From contig NW_024704753.1 of assembly GCF_018977255.1 (NCBI RefSeq), positions 4,526,001 through 4,590,000 on the forward strand: a stretch of 64,000 bases of DNA, read 5' to 3'. The stretch is from Callorhinchus milii (lineage: Eukaryota). Below are positions 37,841 to 51,742 of the stretch, piece by piece (position 1 is the first letter of the stretch; each line of letters opens with the position of its first letter). A program made the position numbers and the translations under genes. The notes below the pieces were generated by a model, which was not told where the DNA came from, made no database searches, and saw only the letters and a program-made list of their open reading frames with translations.

Positions 37841-38771
37841 TGTCCATGTATAGTAGTCAATAGTGACATTTCATATTCATGGCTGTTAGCTCAAATAATT
37901 CTCTTGAAGGCTCAAATAGCTTTGGTTATTTAACATTATATGCAAAGAGGCTTAATTTCTATAGTTAGCTATACTTGAGGAACCCAATGATCTGCTGCAA
38001 TGATATATTCAGAACTCCAAATTGGAAGATGTGCCATGTTAACTTGGGAAGGGTCAGGAATTAGTGTAAATGAATGACGTGAAATAAAATTCCATTGTAA
38101 TTCCACCTCGCTCCAAATATTTTTCAGCAACTTCTGTGTTATCTCTGTATCATTGTTACAAATGCGGAAAAACAAGTTCCGATTTGAACCTTCTGTGAAC
38201 CTTGTTGGGGGGAGGAGAAGAGAGGATGATTTGTTTGGATGAAGATGATCTATTTGATCCCATCATTCCAGATCATTCCATGACTCTGCCGTGCTCCCAT
38301 CACAGCATCTTAAATGATTCCAGAGTCCTGGTCTCATCCACCCCTCCTGATAACCTGTTCTAGTTGTTAATCACCCTCTGGGTAAAAAAATTATTAGCAG
38401 GTGTCAAGATTCAGATCAGCCAAAAAACCCTTACATTATTCACATTGTGAGTCAGATACGTAACTGGATCTAACATAAACCTGACCACATTTTAAAATGC
38501 ATTAACATAAATCTTGTCCTGGCTTATCTGGAATGCATGTTGTATTTATATGTATCTATCGATCGATTATAATCTGTAAATTACAGTGTGTTGCACTGTT
38601 TTATTTGGCCACAGGCAATTTATATACTGTAGTTGCTATTTTACTTCATTCTCCGTGAACAAAATTGTATTTTGCTTTGAGCTATATTGTTTCCAAAAAT
38701 TAAAAAGAAAGTTTTGAACAAACGGCAAAGACCAAGGCAAAAAAAATTGCCTTTTCACCTAAAAAAAGTGA

Positions 38772-38980
38772 TATTGATGTTAGGACAGAGATTCTTCCCA
38801 CACAGCTCCTGTTAACTCTGGAGTCAAAGCCCTAACTCATAGAATAGTCCTTGCTAGATAAGCAGCGGGAAGCTTGCCAGCTTTCAATGGCAAGCTTTAG
38901 TTGGTTAAAAGCTAGTCATAACCCCAACTCTGGGAGTCCCAAGCTTCTTGCAAACCTGTGTCTAATATTCTCCGAAAGTA
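38772..38980 (+). repeat. Unclassified dispersed repeat, copy B
   Basis: Shares gttaac, aaagcccta, gataagcagcggga, agcttgccag and aacctgtg in the same order as copy A. Confidence 0.75.
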
Positions 38981-38991
38981 GAGCTGTGCAT

Positions 38992-39352
38992 TCATAGAAT
39001 CATAGAATTGTAGAATATTACAACACAGAAGGAGGCCATTATGCCCATCGTGCCTGTGCTGTCACTTTGGAAGAGTTACCCAGTCAGTCCCACTCCTCCG
39101 CTCTCTCTCCCAATATTCTTGCAAATTTTTCCTCTTCCAGTACCTATCTAATTCCCTTTTGAAAGTTGTCATTGAATCTGTTTCCACCACCCTTTCAGAC
39201 AGTGCATTCCAGACCATAACAATTCTCTGTGTTAAAAACATTTCTCCTCATCTCTCCTCTGGTTCTTTTGCCAATTATCCTAAATCTATGTGCCCTGGTT
39301 ACTGAACCATCTGTCAGTAGAAATAGTTTCTTCCCCTATCTACTCTATCAAA
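38992..39352 (-). mobile_element. CR1 3' fragment
   Basis: catagaatcatagaat terminus. Reverse complement is collinear with 35200-35553. Confidence 0.9.
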
Positions 39353-39623
39353 TTCCATTCCGTACACAGGGAAATTTCCACATGGTGTAAGTTGCATGCT
39401 TAAGAGTACTCTCAGTGAGGAACTCTCAGATTGTCTCTGATACTCTTAAGCATGGTGATGGGCTTCCTCATATGTCAGACCCCTGGCTGAAAAAATAAAA
39501 TATTTGGAGCGAGGTGGAATTACAATGGAATTTTATTTCGCATCATTCATTTACATTAATTCCTGACCCTTCCCAAGTTAACATGGCACATCTTCCACAG
39601 CAATTTTTGGACCAAAATAATAT

Positions 39624-39943
39624 GTGGAGTCCTGTAGCTCAGTGGTTAGATCGCTCGCTTTGCAAGTGAGAGACCTGAGTTCAATTCCAGGCAGAGAGCG
39701 AAACCTTGGGCAAGTTTCCTCACTCCACACGTCTGATAATAATCCGTCCAAAACCAAAAACAATAATAAATTGGTCATTTTCAATCTACGACTGTTTGTG
39801 GGACATTGCTGTCCGCAATTGGCTGCCACGTTCGCCCACAAATATACAGTCAATTCACTTTACAGTGTGTTCTGTGAAGCGCTTTGGGACGTCCTCCCGA
39901 CGTGAAAAGCGCTATATCAAATGCAAGGATTATTATTATTATT
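39624..39943 (+). mobile_element. Full-length young SINE
   Basis: Very close to 37503-37840, including the tail gggacgtcctcccgacgtg. Confidence 0.95.
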
Positions 39944-42900
39944 ATATGGAGGCTCTGTTATTTTTATCAACCACAGCACTGTCGCGTAATTTACATAACG
40001 CACCTACTTGATCAGAGACAACAGTGTGGGGATTTTGAAAACACCGTCGGCTTTATTGATGGCAACAATTTTCTTTTGGAATATTGCACCATGTTGGTGA
40101 GCTGCGAGGATGATAAGGATGGGCTTTCGAACTAGAGAAGAAGACACTGAATGAGCAGAGCCCCATCAAACTCATTCCTTCCATTCACCATGTTCGGTGT
40201 GGTTTAATGTCACAGTAATCACCTTCACAATACAGTCACTACAGTTTACAGCAAATCTTGTGAAATGCTTTAAGACTTCCTCATGACATTAAGGTGCTAA
40301 ATGAAAAAAGAGTATTGTTATTTCTAACTCTCCCAAACCACTTAATATCGCTTTGAATGGTTTCTGTTGTTTCCCCAAAAGTAAATCAAACAAAGGTCCC
40401 TGACCAGAACTCCAACATTTCTCATTGTAGAGGCTTAAAATGTAAACATTTTTGAAAATGTCTTAAATTCAGTCTTAGTCAGAAAATTGGCTTTAAAATT
40501 ACAGCTTAGCTCAACGAAACCTTTTCACAGATCCTGATTTTGAAACCGGTCGCTGTATTAGCTCGAAACATTTTGATTGTTCGTTCATTCCTAGACGCTT
40601 GCTACGTGCAAATTCAGCTGCCATGCTTGCCTACAAAGTCACTGCATGGTCACTAAAATTCCATGAGATGTTTTGGGGATGTTTTGAAGTTCTAGGCCCT
40701 GAATCAACCACAAGTTATTATTATATTACTGTGTTTATTGGGGAAGTTAAGTTAGCTCTCCCAGCACAGATTATGGTTAACTTCAGCCACACTACTGCTG
40801 TGTCAATTCATGCCTTTTGAGCCATTACAGTATATCCAATGAAGCAATTTGGGACATCCTCTTGGCATGAGAGGCGCTATACCAAATGTAAGGATTATTA
40901 TTGTTTATTACCTCAAAACTTAGTTTGCATGGCAGAGTTTGAATGCTGTTACATTTATGACTCCCAATAAAACTTGATATATTTGTTCGGATGATAATTG
41001 TATTATATGAACCATCTTAACATTGTTGTGGGTTGGTAACTTGTTGCCTGGCAATGATAAACCAATAGAGCAGTGGTCTAGCCAGAGAACTGTGATGGGA
41101 AATGCATTGAGCTGAAGGACAGTTGAGATGCCTGATGAACACAATGAGTTAATGGAAACCACAATAAAGATTAGAGGTGCAGATTTCAAAATGAGGAATT
41201 GGGCTTATGATTTGTGATGTTTATTGGAAAGGTGGTCGCTGTGTTCAGGCGGTAAACTTGCGACAGATACAGAAACAATTAAATGGAACTTGTGAATTAT
41301 TACAGTGCTTCATTATAAAGCTTCCCTCTACCTCCTGTGGTCTGTTACAGAAATACTGAATTTCGAAGTGAAATTGAACCACAACATAAGAACAATTCAG
41401 ACTATGTGAAAGCTGGAGAGGTTTGGGGGACTCACTTGCAGCTGTCTGTACACCTCAGAGGTTATTCCCCCTTGACGAAATGTTGTAAAAGAGATCAGAT
41501 AGCATCAATTGCTTTCCTATATAACAGCAGATTTCACTAGTAGAAAAATGCCTTTGAAATTCTGAGTGATCTTTAATTGTTGCCAACATCAATATCAGGA
41601 AACAGAAGAGATTGCTGATGTGTGTGATTTATAGAAGACAAGGTGGCATCAAACACTCATTAAAAGGCAGATAGTCCTAAACATCAGGCAATCACAAACT
41701 CCTGGCTGACAGGAGTACATTATATTTACATTTACGCTATTAGTTCCAGTAAACTGCATGAGCTTATAAGACTCAAAATAACAACTAACAGGGGCAAGAT
41801 TTATTTGAACATTCTGACACAATCTTTTAAAGTTGCGTAAATCAAAGCATTTATCTTTGTGTTGGGAAACTGACAGTCAGGTTTCTTCAAGGGAGTGCAG
41901 TAGCAATGAGGTTTTAAAAAATACAATAATCAGTCTTCCGCAGATTTTTTTTTTCTGTTTTCCAACTGCATTCGAACATGTGCTGGTTCAATGGAATATT
42001 TAATAGACATTTATAGGAAATAAATTAAAGAAACGAATGTGAAGCATATGGGTTCTAGAGGTTTATTTGTAAAACCCAGCATCAAAGCTTTTCCAGATTT
42101 TGCCATATTAGCTATGTTTTTCCAGTCCAGTGGAATCATGAAGGTAACCACAGACTTCCTTGATGGAAAACACATGAAAAACAGGCCAGAAAGTAACGTG
42201 GACACATAAGAGAGATTGGCCAACTGTGTATATAGCATCAGTTAAAATGAGCATAAGAGCAGTTAATTGGACGCTACTTGAACTAACAACACTTTTAACT
42301 TCAAAAGTCACATCAACTGTGATTCTCTGCCTTCTTGAAATACGGCAGCGATCTTTTAATAATAGATAGCTGAACGCACATCTGGAAAGTACTCTCTCAT
42401 TCGCAAATGTCCAGTAGTAAAATGATTTATAGATATTAAAAATTTCCTGATAGTTTTATGCACTTTGAAAAGGAATCTGAATAAAACCTATATTCACAAC
42501 CCAATAAAAATTGTCTGCTTGTAAAATAGCACTGAACACCAAGCAATCCATAAAAATACAAAGAGATTAACTCGTGGCACACGAAGGAACCACAAGACAC
42601 AAGAATGTCCCACAGGACTCCTTGCTCCAGACAACACTGGCACATTTCTTTCCAACCCGCAGAAAGGAAAGGGAGGATTTCATTCCTAGTGATATTATTT
42701 CTGATCAGTCGTTCCCTAGGAGGAGTGTGAATTTGCTTTTGGCTTACCACTTTAGAGGCAGTAGCAACTTGCCCCGTTCAAAGGCTGCCAAGTAAAATGA
42801 TTTTACTTGGGATGGGACCAAGTTTTCCCTACGTTCAACCAATTGATCTCTGAAGTTCTCGAATGTGGCTTCAGATTTTAAAACAAGGAGGACTGAGCAT

Positions 42901-44439
42901 TCGTATTCATAGCTTCTCAAGCTAGTCTGTGCTGTGCTCCCTCCCAGTTCCCCCTTTACCATGTGTTTATTTGCAAAGACTGTCCAGTTGATTTCAACGC
43001 TTGGAACTTTACAAATAAAGAGATCCATGTTCTGAGAAGAAGTTATTTTAATTGGAAACAAAACGCAGGTTCTAGAATATGTTTACTGCCACGCATCAGT
43101 TGATTGAACAAAAATAAATTCAACGGCACTGGTAGTGAACTGGAAAACGAAATTTGTTATCCTGTTTATTTTGAAATGGGTAACAAGCAGATTCTTTTGC
43201 ATTAACTGGACGAGACTAATTATAAACACACACAGCCTGACTTCCCTGCACTGTATCAAAGGAAATGAGTTTCTCTCTTTTCTAAACATTGTCATTTGTT
43301 TATTGAGCCTTGCATGGGTTTGACTTCATTACACTGCGTCAGCTCACATCTGCAGCACAAAACAATATCATCCTTGTTAAACTGTTCATAAGACTCATTA
43401 TATATAGTATTTAAAATAGCACTTTATTTTCTTTATACATAAATATATATAAAAAAATCACTCTCTTTCTTTCTATATATATATATATATATATATAAAG
43501 AAAACCTGCAGGCATTTTTACCAGGTGATTCTGACAATCTGGACCTGGATCAGGAAGAAAATAAATCATATTTTTTCTGTGTGTGTGTTTCATTAAAGAC
43601 CTGGTACTACAGTGAACAATGAATTCAAAAAAACAGTAAAAACCTGGCTACTTTAGAATTGAATGCAAGTTTTTGCTCCCTCCAAAGTATAAACGGATTA
43701 CTTATGCGACAAACCTAATTTTTTTTGGTGTTGAAACCCGAATTTCTATACGTTAATGCTTTGGTTTTAAGTCACAACTGAGCCTGAGTTAAATGTTGAG
43801 AGGCAAAGTTATTGTGGATGGGTTTTAAATTAAAATGCTTCGAGGAGGTTAGGGAATCATTTATCAATCTCACAAGTTGGGGGTAGGAGGTGTTCTAAGA
43901 TTGGTTCAGATAAAGAAAGCTCTTTGGCCCATCCTATCTCATCCTTCCAGAAACCCGTGCTACCGTCCCTCCATCAGAGCTCAAAGCTATTTTTTTTAAA
44001 TGAGCCCAGTGTCCAGGCCTCAAACACATTTCCTAGCAGGTGTTCCAGTCGTTTATTACCCTCTGGGTGGAACAGACTTCCTGCAAAAAACAGGTGATGT
44101 TGCTCCAATGGTTTCCTTTAGAACTTAGAAACACCTGTGTGGGAAGGGTCTGGGAGGATGAGTTGTAGACCGATAAATTTTCAATGAAGAACATCGGAAG
44201 GATAGAATAAAGGCACATCTTTACACCGACCAAATCCATGTAAGTATTGAGAACAAAACCCTAGATCTGGAGATTGATGCAAGCAATCAAAGGATATATA
44301 TATAATTGCCAGAACTCAGACTTTGTCAAACCCTGGAGATAGCTAAGGGATTCATGTACAGCAGGTTTTAGAATGTGCGGAAGGGACAGAGCAAACAGAA
44401 TAAAGGATCATCCCTGATTCTTCAACCAAGATGATTGGG

Positions 44440-45300
44440 ACATTAGGAGAGTAGGCACAGAAGATAAATATTGGAGCAAGTGTTATTAAAAAGCTGAAGA
44501 CATTGAGAGTAGATAAGGCATCATGACCTGATGCCATTCATCTGGGGAGTCTTAAGGAAATATAAAGGGAAGTCGAGGAGCTCCCGATGAAATATTCAGC
44601 AGTGCTTTGCAAACACAATAGATACTGGAGGACTAGAAGCCACGGAACATGGGCTCTATAGAGGCATGACCTTGGGAATCACGGCTGGCTTCTTTGAAAT
44701 CATTACTAATTAAAAAAATACCTGAGAGCATTAAAACTGACACAAGTCAGCATCCCCGGTCCAAAAATCAAACGTGATTAACGGAGGCTGGGATAGGTTT
44801 ATAAATGGGAAAGCATGTCTTGTAAATTTAGTGGACTTTGAGAACGTGACCAAATCAGCCGCGCGCGTGTGTGTGTGTTGGGGGGGAGCAAGTCAGCAAA
44901 TATCACTCATCTTGACTTTCAAAGTACTTTTAATAAAGTATCCCTCAAGTAATGAAGGTAAAAGACGCAATTAAGGAAAAGGTAGTAAAATGAATGAGAA
45001 ACTGGTTAGACAATGAGGAACCGGGGGTAATTATAAATGGGCATGATATGAGCTGGGGAGGTGAGCGGTGAGGTTGCCCCAGGGATCAGACCTGGGATCA
45101 CTACTTTTACAATCTGCATAAATTACTTTTAATCCCCTTAATATAGGTAGAATTTCTAAATTTGCTGATGACACAAAACGGATGCGAGATGCTTATCGGG
45201 GACTGATTTTATTCAAAAGACTCACGATTGGGAGACTCAGCAATTGGGAATATTTAAAGACAACTTCAAAGTGTAACAAGACGAAGGTGAGTGAACTCAA
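44440..45300 (+). mobile_element. Decayed CR1 reverse-transcriptase relic
   Basis: KLKTLRVDKAS*PDAIH, KACLVNLVDF, PQGSDLGSLLF and ISKFADDTK occur in order with stops and frameshifts. Confidence 0.8.
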
Positions 45301-48300
45301 GTTGTACAGAGGAAGGCCAGTCCTCGTGGAAAGCGGAAGAACTTGGGCAAGGATGTAGGTCGATCATTCAAACATTCTCTGCAATGGTCTATCCCTCCCT
45401 TCAGATAGAGTTTCTCCCAGTATCCTGAATAACAATCCTCCAGATAAACTGGCCATTTGCTCCCTGGCTGTTTGAGGAACATTGCTATGTCTAAATTGTC
45501 TGCTATCTTTGCCTACAAATACACAGTCACTACACTTAACAGCAATTACAGCAAAGCACTTTAAGACATTTTGAAATGATGCAGCGCTATGTTTAATTTT
45601 CAGGATTATTGTTATAATTATTTTACTATTATATTGACAGGTTGAATGAGAGTCTCTCAATCCTCAGTCTGGCACGTTGCCCTTTTGCTCGGATGTGAAA
45701 TGCGCCGTTCCAAAACAGAAGCGTTTGTTCACCCGTACAGGAAAACAAAATTGGTATTTTCTTTCTTTTTTATATACCAAGTCCTGGACTTCCCACGGAA
45801 AGCAAAGCATAACACGCAAAGCGATGCAAGCAGGAGACATTGGGGAAAGTTCCAGCAACAAAATAAGAAACATGTCACCATCTGGTCCATTAATACTGAC
45901 CCACACAGCAACAGAATTGCTGGTATAAGTGTGCATTTCCCCTTTGCCAGACATCCAGCTGAGTTCATCTTGATGCTTCGACATGAAGCTAGACGGTTTG
46001 AGATTTTCTTGGTGTCCTTGGATGATTTAATTCCAGGAGATTAAGTCGCTGGGAGGTTGTGGGGGTGGGGTGGGGGGGAGTGGGAGGGCATTGCCAGAGC
46101 ACTTGTCCCATAAGGCTGAAGATTTCCCGTCTGTAACACCTCTTATCCAGTGGCCTGTCTCGCACCCAATTTAATCATTACTCATGTGGTTGCAGATTTG
46201 GGCGTCAAGCCAGTTCTGGGCCTACAGCCCTTAACCACATGGCGGGGGTGGAGGTATGAGCTTTAAGTTTTGATTGCTATCCTACAAGTCCACTTTATTT
46301 CAACCTACTTGCAATGTAGTTATTACAAATAACTACCGTGAAAGAATTTGATGCGTCCTGTGAATTCCAAACAGCACTTTGGTACTTTACCACCGGCCTA
46401 TACTGGCACAAGAATTTCCTCGAAAATGTTTCCCGGGGATTATTACCCCTTTTAAGAGTTCTGGGACTCTACCCTGAGTGAGGAGTGCTATATAATTGCA
46501 AATTGTTGTTGCTACATACAAAGCGAGCGACACAAATTGTGGAAACAGCCAAATATTTCAACCCCACCTCTCCCCCTCCCTCGCCCCCCCCCCCCATTCC
46601 AGAGAGGCTCAGGTACAGACACAAAAGTAACTAGCACTTTGGAAGCTCAAGAATATTCTGATAATTTCCATTTCCAGAGTAAAGGGAAGTTTGATGATGT
46701 CTAATAAGAACTCGCGTGCCCTTTTCAAGAATATTTTGACAGGTTCACAATTTTGAATTACCAAGAGAATTACGGGAGGGTGGGAGGGAGAGAGGGATAG
46801 ATTTCAATGACAAAAATTGCGAATGGTTTTCAAACACCACTTGATTCCTGATATGATTGGATATGTTTAAGTATTATACTTAGCCAGAATTTCAGATCCC
46901 TGCTTTCAACCATGCGAAAATAACCCAACAACATTGCATGTAGTATTTGCTCCCTTTCTTATATTGTTCAACATCCCTTTACATGCCAGCTGTTCGTTTC
47001 GGTACTGCTTCAAATCATTCTCTCATTCAATGACAAATCCATTCGTCATAGCTTGCCTTTAGGCTGGGAAGGAACTGCTCGGCAGTGAAGTCAACTGTTC
47101 TTCCATTGCGATCAGATTAATTTTATATGGATATAATATATATATATATATATAAAAATCACAGTATTTTACAGTTATTTATTCCACCTGAATTTGTCAT
47201 TCTGGGTTGGGTTCAACAACCTTCAACAAATGACAACAGGTTACAGAGCTCCTCCACACAAAAAGCCAACTGTTTGTGACCCTCAGGCAATAATTCCCTT
47301 GGTACCACGAGGCATGTAATCTACTCATATGCTCCAAGGTCTGACTGGCCCTGCAGTGTGGCAAACAAACAACAGGTGTAAAAATACCCTCTGAAACCAT
47401 TCGGAGGAATCTGAGCGTGACAAGGTCTTAAGAAGTTGTTGCGCAAAAAAGTTTCTGGTAATAATCTTTTAACTAGATTGTGTTCTTTTTCAATTTACCA
47501 GAAGGTATTGTTGTTCTAGGAACCGTTCCAAGTGCAATCATGACTCCATAATCCAAGCACATTTGTCATAGGTAAATTGTATTGGATAAACAAGGCTGAA
47601 GGAATATGGTTTGCATTTGCAGAAGTGACTCTGTAATATAATCCATGTTTACTTTGTCCAAGTGCTGCTTGCACAGACATAGACTGCAAACCTCCTGCGT
47701 TTCACTGTTAAAAAAAAAGTTGCACGTGTTATCAAGTAGAGAAGCCCGGTTGCTGGGGGTTTGGGGGGTAGTGGGGTGGGCCAGTGGTGGGGAAAAGACA
47801 CGATTTTACATGTACAAAAGCAAAAAAAAACATTAATAAATGCCTTTCAAGCCTCTTCATGTATTAGTCTGAAACTATTCTTCTAAATTCCTCAAAGATG
47901 TCTAGACAACAGGATACACACTAGTACATGAAAAAATGAAGTATAATTGCGTTAGCCAGACACATTGTCCCAGACCATTCCTGTTAGTATTTTTCGGTAA
48001 ATATATAAATAGGCCACACATTGGAGTCACAGTCTCTTTGTTAAAATGTCAAAATCAGAATTCAAGCTTGGGAGTTTTTCTGAGCAAAATCTCATCAGCC
48101 AGATAGATTGCAGTGAGTGTTAATTGAACAAAATGCAGATAAACAAATCAACCTTTATACTGTATCATACATTCTGTTATTGGGTCAGGTTAAAATGCTC
48201 CCAGAAACATCAGCCCCGCACAGGGAAAAAACAAGCTAGTGTTTCAGTGCGGAATTAAGGAATTGATTAAAGGCCCATATGACTAGGAAGAGAAATGGGG

Positions 48301-49586
48301 CTGTAATCATTATTCACATTAATAATAAATAAAAACCATACATAAAGTTCTTTCATGGTTTTTGGAAAGGCGAAGGCAATAATCAATAGCAATAATAATA
48401 TCACAATACTGTGAAGCAAGCAGCATCTAGTTGTATCAGACTGCTGGGCTCAAAATGTTTCCAGCAGTAATTAGCTAATAAATTTGGCATTAATGAATAC
48501 ATATGAACTTCTATTTTTTTTGGTCTGTACAAAATCATTAACATATCAATTCTTGACAGCGAGCAGAACAACAGGAGATAAAGCTAATAAAGGTAGCGAC
48601 AGAAAGGAGCTGTGAGTGTAGATTCTTTGCTAAACCATTCATTAACCCTTATTCCCCCAGATCAAAACAAAGCTAGAACTGATTATTCTATGCAGTTTGA
48701 AGAGATTAAAAGCATTTATTGCTAACACCTTGATGTCTTTATGATTACTGCAGAGGAGGAAGGGACCAATAATCAGGAAAATTATTGTAGGCTGTATTTA
48801 ACTAAAGAATTTTTAAAAAAATACATGAACCTTAAATCGCATCTTCTCAGCATTGTAAGCTTATAATGAACATGAATGATCATATGCACTGCTCAATGTA
48901 TATACACGATCTATATGTATGCAGATATACGTAACCATTACAATGTACAGTTTAGAAAAGTCTCAAAGTAAAACAAATCTACACTGCCCTATCTTCATAT
49001 CCGTTAATCTTTGCCAAATAGCTACGTAATTCCAGTTTGAATTTCTTGATACAATCTGCCTCTCGACTGAGCAGTCTCATTTTGTATACGTAGGTACATA
49101 TTGACTGGAAAGAGCGGAAAAGGTATCCAGAGGTCCATCATGGCAGTATTCCCCCCAGCCCTTCCACTCCACACTTCTTCCCACTTCACCAATATTTACT
49201 CACATAGCTCGGTTGGTTTCCCCACTAGATCACCCTTTTAGAGCGGTTGAAAATATAGAGGAAACCCATTTTTTTTGTTGAACAAATAAGTCGATTGAGG
49301 GAATAAATAATTTACCTGGAAAATCCCTACCCGACTCCTGAGGAGGACATTCTAGAATCTCCGAGAGAGGCTAAATCACCACCAGCACAGCATCATGGAT
49401 CCATATCCTCTTGCTACAAGCACTATTGGCTTCAACTGGTAGATGGGACATGACAAGCACTGTAATTAGGATATGAGGGGATATTAAGCAATGCTTGACT
49501 CAGTGTAAAATAATTAAATCTGAACTGTCTGCTTAGATACCCAGTGTCACTATTTTTAAGAACGAATTGCACAGTTCCTCATTGAT

Positions 49587-49891
49587 GGGAGTTCTGTAGC
49601 TCAGTGGTTAGAGCCCTCGCCTTGCAAGCGCAACATCTGGTTTCAATTTTAGGCAGGGCGAAACCTTGGGCAAGTTTCCTTACTCCCCACGTCTGATAAT
49701 AATCCCTCCAAAACAAAACAATAATAAATTGATCATTTTCAATCCAAGACTGTTTGTGGGACATTGCTGTGTGCAATTGGCTGCCACGTTTCGCCCACAA
49801 ATATACGGTCAATTCACTTTACAGTGAAACGCTTTGAGACGTCTAGAAGACGTGACAAGAGCTATATCAAATGCAAGGATTATTATTATTA
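49587..49891 (+). mobile_element. Full-length young SINE (short variant)
   Basis: Head, body and tail present. Short deletion before gtgaaacgc. Confidence 0.92.
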
Positions 49892-50624
49892 TATAATATA
49901 AATTATATTCAACAGTTTCTGCAGTAGTGAAGCACAGCACCTCAATACAGTGCATACCTCCATGGTCACAGGTTCACAGTCTGGCAAAGAACAAGATCAA
50001 CCTGCTATCAAGTATAAGATGAACTTGCTAACGTGCTTTGTTAGTGGTGGGTCCCACTGATGTTGGGCGGAGAACGTGGCTTATGTAGTCCAAGGACAGA
50101 GTACTTTTCTCACCTGTTCCTACCTTGTAAGTTCGAAACAGACTAATACTTGCAGATTAAGGGCCTAGATATTGCAGGTGCTGCTAAGACAAGCTGCAAG
50201 CCTGATTGACTGACACTAATAGGAAAACTTGATGACTCAAAATTACCCAAAATTGGTCAAACTGAAGAATTCCATACAGAGCAAAAAGAAATCTAAGTGC
50301 TGTGTAAAACAGCATAACCTTAAGTCTCAAAGTACATACAAATATCTATCATCTACAAATGTTTATTTTTTAGAAAAAGGATTTTATCTCTGGAAAGCCA
50401 AATATCAGAGCATGAAAACCTTGTGTTCCAAGTCTAACCCCTAATTCATCATGTACTGTACCAGCTGCTCTTTGCTCACTGTTAGCATACCCAGTGTGTA
50501 CAAGCACAGCAGGGGATGAAAAGCCAATGGTTGCAAAGAGATCATGTACAGAGAAACAAAATGCCGATCTGTATCTGGGTTATTCTGACCATTAGAGGTT
50601 ACCACAACTTGCCTCCATGACAGA

Positions 50625-50900
50625 ACATAAGAACATAAGAAATGCTGGACCAAAAAGTCCAAGGTCCATCTAGTTCACCTTCCACCTTCCTAGCGGTTGC
50701 ATGCACATATGTCCCAAACTACCTATGTACTATATCCCATAATATTATTTCCTAAAAGAAAACTATCTAATCTGTGTTTGAAAGAATCAACACTTTCTGC
50801 TTCAACCATCTCCCTAGGGAGCCTGTTCCACAGGTTCACTATTCGCTCACTGAATTAGTATTTGCTTAGATTTGATTCGAATTTATCCCCCTTCAATCGC
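50625..50900 (-). mobile_element. CR1 3' fragment of a different subfamily
   Basis: aacataagaacataagaa terminal repeat and gcctgttccacaggttcactattcgc. Confidence 0.7.
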
Positions 50901-51742
50901 TGGCCAATAGCAGCTTGTATGCCTACAAATACACAGTCACTACACCTTACAGTAAAATTTTGTAAAGCCTTTGGGGTGTTCCGATGATATAATATATGAT
51001 AAGGAGCTAAATCAAATGTAAGGCTCGCAATTATTTATTGTTAAGAGACCCATATGGACCTGAGGTATGGTACTGTTCACTTTAGATGCTGCGGTGTAGA
51101 TTTTTATTTGAAGATCATAGTCTTTTCAAAAGGATTTACTGCCAAGATATCCATTTTAATGGAGGTAGTATGGACTGATATTTGGGAAAAAAATCAGATG
51201 ACAATGGAGTATTCAGAGCTATATGCAAGAGATGGTATTCGGCAGAAATAGTATGAGTCCACAGACAAATTATGCTAATATAAGGAACACTTAAATACCA
51301 GATTTATAAGAGGTCACAAGATTCAAAGTGATGGTAAAATATCCATTAAAAAGATATAAAAATAAGTTAACTTTTTTTTAATCTGCTCAGCCATTTGCTT
51401 TGCAATTCTGCATACAGAAGTGATTCATGAGTGCAGCTTTCTATCAGGTGCTTTGCTATTGTTTGGCAGCTGTTTGTCTTAAGCATATTCAAATGATATT
51501 CAGTGTCAATCAAAGCAACAGAGGGACTACCCGAATTTAAGGACCATTTTGGTGGGCTCGTGAATGCGAGTCAGATGTGTTCTGATAAATCCGCAGCTAA
51601 TTGCAGCATTGCTGGAACAGGAACTTTCTTCTGTCAGACAGAGATTGAAAATAAACTATTTTGCTAGAATTCTGTACTTAAAACTCAATTCTACTTGAAT
51701 CAGCTATGAGATTAACTATATTCTGTCATCTTTGGTTTCAGT

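Larger units (their letters stand above)
38023..39597. repeat. Long inverted repeat, arms 38023-38128 and 39486-39597
   Basis: About 100 bp with three substitutions, then an indel in the A/T run at the inner ends. Confidence 0.92.

Noticed and set aside
37585-37863. Recurrent ORF family ending CKDYYYY (also at 2350, 17256, 34700, 39706, 56109)
   Set aside because: These are translations of SINE copies and their (TTA)n tails, not a gene family.
40020-40150. FENTVGFIDG peptide resembling a Harbinger transposase motif
   Set aside because: The following residues do not fit. The nearby LEYC and LEK-like sequence is better explained as decayed CR1.
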